Virus record (IMG/VR): IMGVR_UViG_3300018080_000014
Coordinates: 1-64,000 of that record
Origin: a virus
Length of the DNA stretch: 64,000 nt
Strand: one strand, 5' to 3'
Below, piece by piece: positions 49,466 to 57,081 of this stretch. Every line of letters begins with the position of its first letter. The stretch's first letter is position 1. Below the pieces are notes generated by a model that had not been told where the DNA came from, made no database searches, and saw nothing but the letters and a program-made list of their open reading frames with translations. Position numbers and translations under genes: made by a program.

Positions 49466-49591
49466 TTCAGTTGTAACCTCTTGTTTTTGTGAGGTATGAG
49501 CGAGATCTCTTGTTTCCTCTAAGTACAGACGTTCCCGAATGACTCCGAGGCGATTTCTAGCGTTCCCGCTCATACGTACAAGTAGTAGAGA

Positions 49592-49610
49592 CGACTTATA
49601 AACCTTGGCT
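49592..49610 (-). promoter_or_regulatory. TATA promoter for the island operon
   Basis: Minus strand GCCAAGGTTTATAAGTC, followed about 20 nt later by a paired leader (49494-49575). Confidence 0.6.
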
Positions 49611-49721
49611 AGCGTTTCCGCGGTTCTAGCGAACGTACACGAGTGTTTTAGACATAGGCGTACAAGAGATTAAAGAGGAGCCTCTAAAACGTGCACCAGA
49701 TGCATTTAGAGGCGCCCTGGC

Positions 49722-49796
49722 GAGGAGAATGAAGCCAGCTATGAGATCTTCAAATACGAGATCTCAGAGGAGAATGACGCCCGTGATGAGATCTTC
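49722..49796. repeat. two 30-bp imperfect direct repeats
   Basis: GAGGAGAATGAnGCCnnnnATGAGATCTTC at 49722 and 49767. Confidence 0.75.
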
Positions 49797-49843
49797 GTTC
49801 TAGCTCGCCCGTTTAACGAGGTCTCAGAATGACTGATCTCGGA

Positions 49844-50000
49844 CTTATTTTTCATAAGCTGGTGACTTATGAGATATAAGCCTATATTTCATAAGTGGAT
49901 CGCTTATGTCAAATAAGCTTATACTGGATAAGTAAAAATCGATTCCGGCTTTTGAGATATAAGCTTATATCGGATAAGCGATCAGCTTATACTGGATAAG
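49844..50000. repeat. array of eight CTTAT-N5-ATAAG palindromes
   Basis: Starts 49844, 49866, 49881, 49903, 49918, 49949, 49964, 49986 (two with one mismatch). Confidence 0.9.
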
Positions 50001-50036
50001 CGTAACATATCGACCGGTATCGATATGAAAATCCAT

Positions 50037-50410
50037 GCCGGAGCGCCATGGCCGGAATGTTGAGCGCCAGCATATCCTATGCCGGATCGCTTGGATCCAT
50101 TCCTGTATCCAGTGCCCACGCCGGAGAGTGGGATATGCACATGCCGGAACCCACGTGCCGGTATCATTTTCCAGCATCCTCCTTCCCGTGCCGGCCCATG
50201 GCATCTCCCGTGCCAATGCACGATCCGGCAGGGTGTTACTACACCGGCATACCCCACCACCATATCCCACGCACGCCAATTCTTTTGCCGGCCAGTCAAT
50301 GTGTGCGCGCCGGATCGAAAAAAATGAGTTTGGACATAAACAGCCGGCTGGCTTTCAGGAGTTTCATGCCAAACAGGCTACTCCGTTAAAACCATTGGCG
50401 GCCCCGGCCA
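50037..50410. repeat. GCCGG/CCGGC-dense non-coding block
   Basis: 13 CCGG sites counted, all reading GCCGG on at least one strand. Confidence 0.8.
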
Positions 50411-50731
50411 TGGCTTTAATAAAACAACACATCCAGCAAGCGCTCCAGTAAACAGCCTAAACAGCGCCAGAAACAAATGAAACGCATGTTCGGACGCTTG
50501 CTCCGGGGTCCCCACCTAACAACTTAGGTAAACAGCCGGCACGAAACTTAGGGGATTTCCGAAGCCGTTTCCCGGGATCTCGGTATAACCCTGCCGGGTG
50601 GGGACGCGGATCTGGCCCAGCTACTAGGATCATGTTCGGAGGTCAGCACGAAATGCCATTAATAAATAATTAAATAAAGGATATTTTAAACCTTCTCCGA
50701 AGTAGTTATACTGGATAAGTCAGATCACATG

Positions 50732-50752
50732 CACCAGCGTAAAGTTTAAATG
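50732..50752 (+). promoter_or_regulatory. early BRE-TATA promoter
   Basis: CACCAGCGTAAAGTTTAAATG; motif repeated four more times downstream. Confidence 0.75.
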
Positions 50753-50837
50753 TAATGCTTCATTCCAGTATATCATGAGAAAAGGCTACGCTTGTAGGAT
50801 CGCCGTTTTCTCTAAACCAGTTTAAAGATGATGATTC

Positions 50838-51581
50838 ATGCCAACGCTAGATGAAATAGTCAATGCGATGTTGGAAATCAACAATTCCGACGACAAGGAG
50901 AAAATCCTCCGCCAGTACACTCAACAACTGATGGCGGAGGCTCAATCCAAAGCGAAATCAAAAACCTCCCGGAAACGGCCGCGAAGATCCAAGACCGTTC
51001 CCTACAATCCAGTCACGGACGACCCGTTCCCGAAAGTACTCGAGGACGAGGAAGTCCGGCCGTACATCGTCCGCACCACCGTCACGATAAACGGCAAGAA
51101 GAAGCTCGTCGAAACGGCGGACGAATGGGGTGAATCCAGATTACCCTGTCCGTTCTGCGAGGAGTTGCACACGGAGTACGATCGGGTGCAAATACATGGC
51201 TTGAAATACCGCTGTCGGCGCTGCGGGTATACAGCCGCGCTCCTCACCGCCCCCTGTGGTTGTGTCGGGTTGGAGAAATTCGACATGACCAGAAAAATAA
51301 TCCATAACGAGGAGAAAGTTGTCCTCGTCGGCCAGAGAACGGGATACTGCATTATCCAGCACCATGTTCCACCCGGCCTCGGGCTCGACCGGTATCACAA
51401 CGAGGATAACCCACCAGACATCACTGGCAAGCCGTACCGCGAGAAGTCCAACTTTCTCGTGCCGAACGAGCTGCCGAAAATCATGTTCTTCGCACCGTTC
51501 AATTCCTCCCGCAGGAATCTCCGCGTGCAACCAGTCTTGTTATTCAACAATCCAAAACAACATTCCAACGTGATCCTATAA
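50838..51581 (+). CDS. Zn-ribbon protein
   Basis: CPFC..CRRCG..CGC. Confidence 0.7.
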   Translation: MPTLDEIVNAMLEINNSDDKEKILRQYTQQLMAEAQSKAKSKTSRKRPRRSKTVPYNPVTDDPFPKVLEDEEVRPYIVRTTVTINGKKKLVETADEWGESRLPCPFCEELHTEYDRVQIHGLKYRCRRCGYTAALLTAPCGCVGLEKFDMTRKIIHNEEKVVLVGQRTGYCIIQHHVPPGLGLDRYHNEDNPPDITGKPYREKSNFLVPNELPKIMFFAPFNSSRRNLRVQPVLLFNNPKQHSNVIL

Positions 51582-52147
51582 TGTGTCTAACAAACCGGTT
51601 AAATCCCGACCGCACGTGCGCCATGTGCGGTAAAATCGGAAACATGCGCCCGTTCTCTGACTGGTGCATGGAATGTGAACTCGCCGTTCTACACGACGAT
51701 TGTTCACTGGTAGAATGCATCCACCACTCCAATCCAAGAGAATGCATGCACTACCAACTCGTCCCCGACGAGCACACCAGAATCACCGAGCCTCACCAGT
51801 GCCCCAAGTACCGGGCCTGCAAGCTCGACTGGTGTCTCTATCACGGTGATCCAGACTGCAAGTGCCGACATCTTGCAATCGGCACCAACCCGTTCAGGTG
51901 CAACGTGCACGTGAACGGCAAGCTAGTCTACATGCCAACACTGTCATGCCTGTGTCCATCATGTAGCCTCTCCTACCCGTCCCTTCTCGGGCACCGCGCC
52001 GGCTGCGGGTACGTGTTTCGATGCCACAACTGTGGCCGCGAAATAACTCTCCACCTCGGCCGCCCGTGCTACGCCGACGGGTGCAACAACCCTCCGCTGC
52101 ATGACAGCGATTACTGTCCAGACCACGACGAGAGGTTCTGGACATGA
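51581..52147 (+). CDS. extremely Cys/His-rich multi-Zn-finger protein
   Basis: More than 20 Cys in 188 aa, mostly in CxxC/CxxH motifs. Confidence 0.7.
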   Translation: MCLTNRLNPDRTCAMCGKIGNMRPFSDWCMECELAVLHDDCSLVECIHHSNPRECMHYQLVPDEHTRITEPHQCPKYRACKLDWCLYHGDPDCKCRHLAIGTNPFRCNVHVNGKLVYMPTLSCLCPSCSLSYPSLLGHRAGCGYVFRCHNCGREITLHLGRPCYADGCNNPPLHDSDYCPDHDERFWT

Positions 52148-52287
52148 GAAAATGGTGCAAGGGGTGCAAGAAATTCCAGCACCACGTCAAGCCCAAGTTG
52201 GTTGCCGACGACTGGGATACATCCGGCAACCCGCTTCACTTTGTTTCCATCCCACTGTGCCGCCGTTGTAGGAGGAGAATCCGATGA
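52144..52287 (+). CDS. Zn-finger microprotein (47 aa)
   Basis: Manually read MRKWCKGC..LCRRC; ATGA overlaps at both ends. Confidence 0.6.
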   Translation: MRKWCKGCKKFQHHVKPKLVADDWDTSGNPLHFVSIPLCRRCRRRIR

Positions 52288-52436
52288 TAAGTGGTTCCGT
52301 GAACCAGATCCAGTGTTACACGTGCGGCCGCGTGCCAGACACGACGTACCGTGACACCGACGGTACGCTCTGGTGGTGGTGTCGGCGCTGCAATATCCTC
52401 ACCGAACCGGTCCACGTCGAACACTTCCAATTCTGA
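52284..52436 (+). CDS. Zn-finger microprotein (50 aa)
   Basis: GGAGG RBS; CYTC..CRRC. Confidence 0.6.
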   Translation: MISGSVNQIQCYTCGRVPDTTYRDTDGTLWWWCRRCNILTEPVHVEHFQF

Positions 52437-52493
52437 TCGCGCCTAAGAGGTGGAGCCATACTCCATCTCAGGCATAGCCCACCAGCATTATAG

Positions 52494-53096
52494 GTGGCAC
52501 ACACAGAGTTGACTACCATGTATGTTAAAATGCAAATTAGCCAGCAGCTGTACAACGCACTCTACGCCAGTGCGTTCAGGTACATCCGGGGAGAATTCCC
52601 GGAGCAGTTCCCCGTGTACGCCGGGGAAAACAACCATTTCGGGGCCTATTTTACCTCAGGCCCCGGCGTGGACAACAACGGCCTGTGGGCCGAGTACTCG
52701 TGCACCAATTTCGTAGAAATTGTTGCCTGCACGGGTAACAGTTGGACGCTCACGTGGTTCGATCACGAGGAGCCAACACTTGAATACCGGGGAAGTAGGG
52801 CCGGTTTCCACTCGTTCAATCCGTGGCGATACTCGGGCTACAACCTCGAGTGGCTCCAGAACGGGCTCCGCGTGAGCCCGTGGCGTGAAATCGAAGAGGA
52901 CCATCCCGACACGTTCCGGTTCCCCATCACCGTGGTGGAGTACGAGACCTCCACACCTCCGGAATGGGGCATCGAGTGGTTCCAAGACGTCGTTTACGAC
53001 GTGGTGGCATTCCCAACCCCGGAGAAAATGTTCCGGTGGAAGGGGGCCTACCCTTCCATCCGGAAGTATCCGGATGGTAAGATGGTGGTATGGTGA
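52494..53096 (+). CDS. aromatic-rich hypothetical protein
   Basis: 200-aa ORF; start uncertain. Confidence 0.6.
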   Translation: MAHTELTTMYVKMQISQQLYNALYASAFRYIRGEFPEQFPVYAGENNHFGAYFTSGPGVDNNGLWAEYSCTNFVEIVACTGNSWTLTWFDHEEPTLEYRGSRAGFHSFNPWRYSGYNLEWLQNGLRVSPWREIEEDHPDTFRFPITVVEYETSTPPEWGIEWFQDVVYDVVAFPTPEKMFRWKGAYPSIRKYPDGKMVVW

Positions 53097-53266
53097 TGCC
53101 ATTCACCTGCACCAAGTGCGGCAGCGAGGTCTCCTGCATTTACCCCGGAGATCTCTGCTGGACCTGTCACTGCAAAGAGGAAACCGCTCCACCAGCAAAC
53201 AGGGTGGTATCGAAGCGCCGGGCACGGGCTCGGCACGCCCGTCTTCAACACATCCGGAGAATGTAA
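53096..53266 (+). CDS. Zn-finger microprotein with Arg-rich tail (56 aa)
   Basis: CTKC..CWTC; TGATG overlap. Confidence 0.6.
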   Translation: MPFTCTKCGSEVSCIYPGDLCWTCHCKEETAPPANRVVSKRRARARHARLQHIRRM

Positions 53267-53273
53267 ACACGCA

Positions 53274-53295
53274 CACCAGCGTAAACTTTAAATAC
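53274..53295 (+). promoter_or_regulatory. early BRE-TATA promoter
   Basis: CACCAGCGTAAACTTTAAATAC. Confidence 0.75.
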
Positions 53296-53365
53296 TTTCT
53301 TTCTTTCCATTTACGTGGAGCGAAGAGTACGTCTCGCTCCTCGATCCAGATTACGGTGAAATATC

Positions 53366-53518
53366 ATGAACTTTTGGAAACTAATTCGGAAAAAGGAATT
53401 CTGCCGCCATTGTGAAATAGTTGACGGGAAAACGGTCGAGCTCGTACCAGACCGGTGGGGTTACTCCTGTCCCGAGTGCGGCATCGATTACCTAAAAAAC
53501 GGTGACCTAGCATGCTGA
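53366..53518 (+). CDS. Zn-finger microprotein (50 aa)
   Basis: GGTGA RBS; CRHC..CPECG. Confidence 0.6.
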   Translation: MNFWKLIRKKEFCRHCEIVDGKTVELVPDRWGYSCPECGIDYLKNGDLAC

Positions 53519-53976
53519 ACCGGTACACGAAAGATCTCCTCCGCCGCGTGCGGGCGGAGATCAAGACCAAAGACCTCGCGATGGAGATAGACGATCTCTT
53601 GTCTCCATTGCAGGGGAATGTCGAAGCGGCCTTGTACAACCTACGCAAGGCCTTAAAGATGGCAAAAGATTGCTTGGTAATGTACTCAATCAAGGAGGCC
53701 ATCTCATACTTGGAAAACACGGGCTCACGCAGCCGGTTATTCTTCGAGGCGCTGCGCCATGATCCCGTGTTGAAATCCGATTTCGCGGACCCGAAGCTCC
53801 ATACAAGCGAAGTGGAAGGCGAGTACAAGTTTTCACTTGAAGTGGATCAAGTATTCACCTACCAATGTCCGCAAGCGAACTTGGACGAACTCCGCCAGCT
53901 TGTCACGATTTGTGACCAGCACGGCGTGACATGCCTGCTGGATTTTGATAGCGACGAGCTCCATTTTATCATCTAG
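53512..53976 (+). CDS. hypothetical protein
   Basis: GGTGA RBS, 154 aa. Confidence 0.7.
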   Translation: MLNRYTKDLLRRVRAEIKTKDLAMEIDDLLSPLQGNVEAALYNLRKALKMAKDCLVMYSIKEAISYLENTGSRSRLFFEALRHDPVLKSDFADPKLHTSEVEGEYKFSLEVDQVFTYQCPQANLDELRQLVTICDQHGVTCLLDFDSDELHFII

Positions 53977-53985
53977 GTGATTCCA

Positions 53986-54270
53986 ATGCATGAAGACTGG
54001 TTCCTAGATCGCCACGAGTACGAGGCCGAATGTTGCGACGACCTCTTCCGCGAGGAAGGTGTGGAAGAAGTCCTCCGCCTCATGATACCATGCAAAAACT
54101 GTGGCGAGCTCCGCCCGAGAGATGATCCCGAGATCCTGCGTACCGGCTGCTGCTACCTGTGCAACAAGTCCGATTTCCACCGCGAGAAACGGGCCACGTC
54201 CGACGGGTGCAGTGCCAATACACGCACGTTGGCAAAATTAGTCGAAAAACTGGAGGATTCAAGATGGTGA
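53986..54270 (+). CDS. Zn-finger protein
   Basis: AGGTGA RBS; CKNC..CYLC. Confidence 0.65.
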   Translation: MHEDWFLDRHEYEAECCDDLFREEGVEEVLRLMIPCKNCGELRPRDDPEILRTGCCYLCNKSDFHREKRATSDGCSANTRTLAKLVEKLEDSRW

Positions 54271-54500
54271 AAAAATGTCACGGGTGCGGGCGTATCCCCA
54301 CCAAAATATTCACCACCTTGGACAATATCCTCCATACGTATTGTGAAAAGTGTGGTCTTCTCGTCCAACCCTATGACGAGATAGCGGACACCCACGCATT
54401 CTGCCTACACTGTGACGCATTCTTCCATATTCGCGAACTGTGGGATGGTGCAAGTCGCGGCGATGCCGTCGTGTGTCCGCGCTGCGGAGAGGAACTATGA
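54264..54500 (+). CDS. double Zn-ribbon protein
   Basis: GGAGG RBS; four CxxC motifs. Confidence 0.65.
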   Translation: MVKKCHGCGRIPTKIFTTLDNILHTYCEKCGLLVQPYDEIADTHAFCLHCDAFFHIRELWDGASRGDAVVCPRCGEEL

Positions 54501-54667
54501 TGGAACACGCAACCGATTCCCCCGAGTACCTCGAAATGGAGAAGAAGGCCTATTACCTCTCCGCCATGGCCTGTGCAGATCCTCTCCACCATTACAAGAA
54601 ATACATCCAGCACCTCGATAAAATGCTGGATTTTATTGAAAAACACCACCAAAAGAAGGATGCCTGA
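54497..54667 (+). CDS. small hypothetical protein
   Basis: GAGG RBS, ATGA overlap. Confidence 0.5.
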   Translation: MMEHATDSPEYLEMEKKAYYLSAMACADPLHHYKKYIQHLDKMLDFIEKHHQKKDA

Positions 54668-54926
54668 AATGATGAAATTAAGACTGGACATAATCGTTCT
54701 CCCGTTCCATTACCGCGGGTGGAACGATCTTCCACTCCGCAAGAAGCTCGAGCTCCTTGCCGACGTGGGTATCGAAGATTGCCACTACATCAGTGGCGAA
54801 GACGACGCCATCAGCATTCATGGTGCCGAGCTCTCGGAATCCATCAAACAGCTCACCATCGGCGAGCTCCTTGTTCAGAATGGAGACGTTGCCGCCGCAC
54901 TGAAAGCTGCCAACTCTGAAAATTAA
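54660..54926 (+). CDS. hypothetical protein
   Basis: C-terminal part of ORF 54573..54926, followed by an oligo-T terminator. Confidence 0.55.
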   Translation: MPEMMKLRLDIIVLPFHYRGWNDLPLRKKLELLADVGIEDCHYISGEDDAISIHGAELSESIKQLTIGELLVQNGDVAAALKAANSEN

Positions 54927-54946
54927 TCCATTTTTCTCTTTTTTTA

Positions 54947-54967
54947 ACCAACGCAATATTTAAATAC
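54947..54967 (+). promoter_or_regulatory. early BRE-TATA promoter
   Basis: ACCAACGCAATATTTAAATAC. Confidence 0.65.
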
Positions 54968-55017
54968 TTTCTCTTCTTCCACCTCATGGAGCGATAGCTC
55001 CTCACAAGGTGAAAACC

Positions 55018-55182
55018 ATGTTAAATGAGAATGGAACGGAAATCACGATCTCCGCCCCGCATGTCGGCGACGGCATGCTGCGTGGATTAGTGGAGATGAA
55101 AGATCACGTGACCAACACGACGAACAAGACGCTCGCCATACGGATACATGGCCCCTTGAAAATCACGTTGGACCTATTTTAA
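55018..55182 (+). CDS. small hypothetical protein (54 aa)
   Basis: AGGTGA RBS; manually read. Confidence 0.5.
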   Translation: MLNENGTEITISAPHVGDGMLRGLVEMKDHVTNTTNKTLAIRIHGPLKITLDLF

Positions 55183-55199
55183 TTTTTTGGTGATCACGC

Positions 55200-55604
55200 A
55201 TGGAAAAACTAAACAACCGGAAACCAACACTGGAAGAGGAGATGGAACACAGGCCACTATCCCGGTTCCTCCTCCATCTCTCCCGATGCCTCTTGGGCAG
55301 CAACGATGAATTTGGTGAAGAAAAGTCGGACCACATCCGCGATTCTTGTCGGAAATCCTTCGAGTTCATTTCCAACTCGCCGGTGGCATATGAGGAATTC
55401 ACGCAGTGGTGCCACCAGTGTGCCATGGATTTTACGGACAAGGATGACATCAGTCCAGAACACTGGAAAAATGTCTACCAGAATGGACATTTCGCAACCC
55501 ATTTTTCCGCGTTCTGGTGTATCACGAAGTGGCGGTTCTCCGACTGGGAGCGAGACGATCCACCGTTTCGCATCCTGCCATTTCCACCATTCATCAGGTT
55601 CTAA
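55200..55604 (+). CDS. hypothetical protein
   Basis: GGTGA RBS, 134 aa. Confidence 0.65.
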   Translation: MEKLNNRKPTLEEEMEHRPLSRFLLHLSRCLLGSNDEFGEEKSDHIRDSCRKSFEFISNSPVAYEEFTQWCHQCAMDFTDKDDISPEHWKNVYQNGHFATHFSAFWCITKWRFSDWERDDPPFRILPFPPFIRF

Positions 55605-55624
55605 CCAACGTAAAGTTTAAATAT
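55604..55624 (+). promoter_or_regulatory. early BRE-TATA promoter
   Basis: ACCAACGTAAAGTTTAAATAT. Confidence 0.75.
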
Positions 55625-55766
55625 GTCGAATCATATTGGATATTTGAAAATGTCACTTTCTATACATGCCCTTGTGGTAGCGGGTTCCGACAAGAGTCAA
55701 CCAAGTGGCGGTAACCGCGTAATTTGCGGGCAAACAGCTACCAAGCAGATCAAAGTGGACAGAACA

Positions 55767-56012
55767 ATGGTAAGACACAGAGTGTATGCCCGTGTCACCA
55801 CCTATGACGTGGATGATCGCATCCAGCGTGATAGTGTTGGTGTTGGCGGCCGTCGCACGATTGGTTCCTCGAAAGTGGAATTCAACTGTGATACAGCCAA
55901 CGGGCAGAACGTGCAAGTAGTGGTGCGGGTCACCATCGATGATGATGGCAAGGGTGCCGTCGAGATGCAATGCCCCACCGAGTTCAAGTTCCACTTGAAC
56001 AAACCAAAGTGA
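55767..56012 (+). CDS. small beta-strand protein
   Basis: Probable start MVRHRV within ORF 55623..56012. Confidence 0.5.
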   Translation: MVRHRVYARVTTYDVDDRIQRDSVGVGGRRTIGSSKVEFNCDTANGQNVQVVVRVTIDDDGKGAVEMQCPTEFKFHLNKPK

Positions 56013-56018
56013 GCAAAC

Positions 56019-56585
56019 ATGGCGAAAAAAGTAAGCACCAAGTTCGACAAGAAATTCACGGAAGAAGCCATCCGCGTAGCCTTAGAGGCTGGAGACGCGG
56101 AACAGTTAGCCGAAATTCTGGCCAAGGGGTACAACGACCGCACCGTGTCGATCAATCCCCAAATCCAGAAGAAACTCGCAAAGACCATCATGGATATTTG
56201 CGGGTATGAACCTCCAGAGAAAGTCCGCACGTCCAGCAACAGCGTCGTGGGAAAGCTGGAAGAACTCCAGAAGAAAATCGCTGCATCTGGGAACCTCACG
56301 CCAGAAATCGCCGAGCTAATCGGCAAGCAGATGGAGGAGTCAACCACGTCATTCGTCGCATCAGATGGCGTCCAAAAAGGCTGGCAAGCCTTCGTGATCG
56401 AGTGCGTCTCCGAAAGGATGGACCGTGAGAAGCACAAGAAACCAGCAGCCGCGCTAATTGGTGCGGTGGACAAGATCGTGGATTATGGCGCAAAGCGTGC
56501 GATGACTGCCGAGGAACAACGGGAGTACGACGCCAAGAAAGCGGCCGGGCAATCCAACGACGAGGAAGAAGAACTGGAAGAGTAA
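56019..56585 (+). CDS. helical protein with acidic tail
   Basis: 188 aa, followed by an oligo-T terminator. Confidence 0.7.
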   Translation: MAKKVSTKFDKKFTEEAIRVALEAGDAEQLAEILAKGYNDRTVSINPQIQKKLAKTIMDICGYEPPEKVRTSSNSVVGKLEELQKKIAASGNLTPEIAELIGKQMEESTTSFVASDGVQKGWQAFVIECVSERMDREKHKKPAAALIGAVDKIVDYGAKRAMTAEEQREYDAKKAAGQSNDEEEELEE

Positions 56586-56631
56586 ACGGGCAGCACGATC
56601 CAATTTTTATTTTCCCCTTTTTTCCAATCCA

Positions 56632-56671
56632 TGGGTATGCTCGGTGGTTCAAATCCACCCTTACCCAACCA
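56632..56671 (+). ncRNA. tRNA minihelix-like element (acceptor stem + T arm + ACCA)
   Basis: TGGGTATG-CTC-GGTGG-TTCAAAT-CCACC-CTTACCCA-ACCA. Confidence 0.55.
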
Positions 56672-56892
56672 AACCATGGGGCACGCCCGTGCCAATTCCC
56701 TTTCCCAAAATTCGACATTTCTTTAATCTGGTAGTCAACTCATGTTATTTTGCACGGGCCGCCCCTTTACCTTGGTGATACCATGTGACCACGGCAAGCC
56801 ATCCAAACCAGCTGTAGCGGCACCACATCCTTTTCCTTTTTATTATCTTTTTCTCCATATTTTTGCCGCACGACGTGGCGGGCTGGTGTGGG

Positions 56893-57081
56893 ATGAGCAC
56901 CACAATCAAAAAGAGAGACCAGAAAATGTACTTCGATGAAGAAGCAATGGACATGCTGCGCCAAGCAGTCTTTGACGACGTGGTGGAATGTCCCAAGTGC
57001 GGCTCCAAGATGGAGCCAGATGCGGAAAAATGCGGCGAGTGCGGATTCTCCGGCACGCTCCGCGGGATGGGGTTGATTTAA
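56893..57081 (+). CDS. Zn-ribbon microprotein
   Basis: CPKCG..EPD..CGECG. Confidence 0.65.
   Translation: MSTTIKKRDQKMYFDEEAMDMLRQAVFDDVVECPKCGSKMEPDAEKCGECGFSGTLRGMGLI

Larger units (their letters stand above)
48140..49605. other. CCA/TGG-free compositional island
   Basis: Manual scan found no CCA or TGG between TGG 48137-39 and TGG 49606-08; no CCGG or GGCC seen either. Confidence 0.85.

Noticed and set aside
49466-49573. 36-aa N-terminal extension of the 344-aa ORF
   Set aside because: It overlaps a paired leader structure, and a GAGGT RBS precedes ATG 49465. Leaderless initiation at 49573 is not fully excluded.
48140-49605. Alternative genetic code (TGA=Trp) as the reason TGG is missing
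   Set aside because: TGG/CCA is missing in all frames, on both strands and in intergenic DNA. The ORFs have no internal TGA, and the rest of the genome uses TGG for Trp and TGA as stop.
48140-49605. Insertion sequence or transposon explaining the odd composition
   Set aside because: No transposase motifs, terminal inverted repeats or target duplication seen. Its promoter and RBS style match the rest of the virus.
49844-50000. CRISPR or mini-CRISPR array
   Set aside because: Units are 15-bp dyads with variable centres and 0-16 bp gaps. There are no 25-40 bp identical repeats with spacer-length inserts.
49965-50451. Overlapping 80-140 aa ORFs on both strands
   Set aside because: Stop-poor by-products of the GC-rich GCCGG block, with no convincing RBS and low-complexity translations.
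56632-56671. Complete tRNA gene or functional attP of a temperate virus
   Set aside because: No D or anticodon arm, and no tyrosine or serine integrase recognised in the window.
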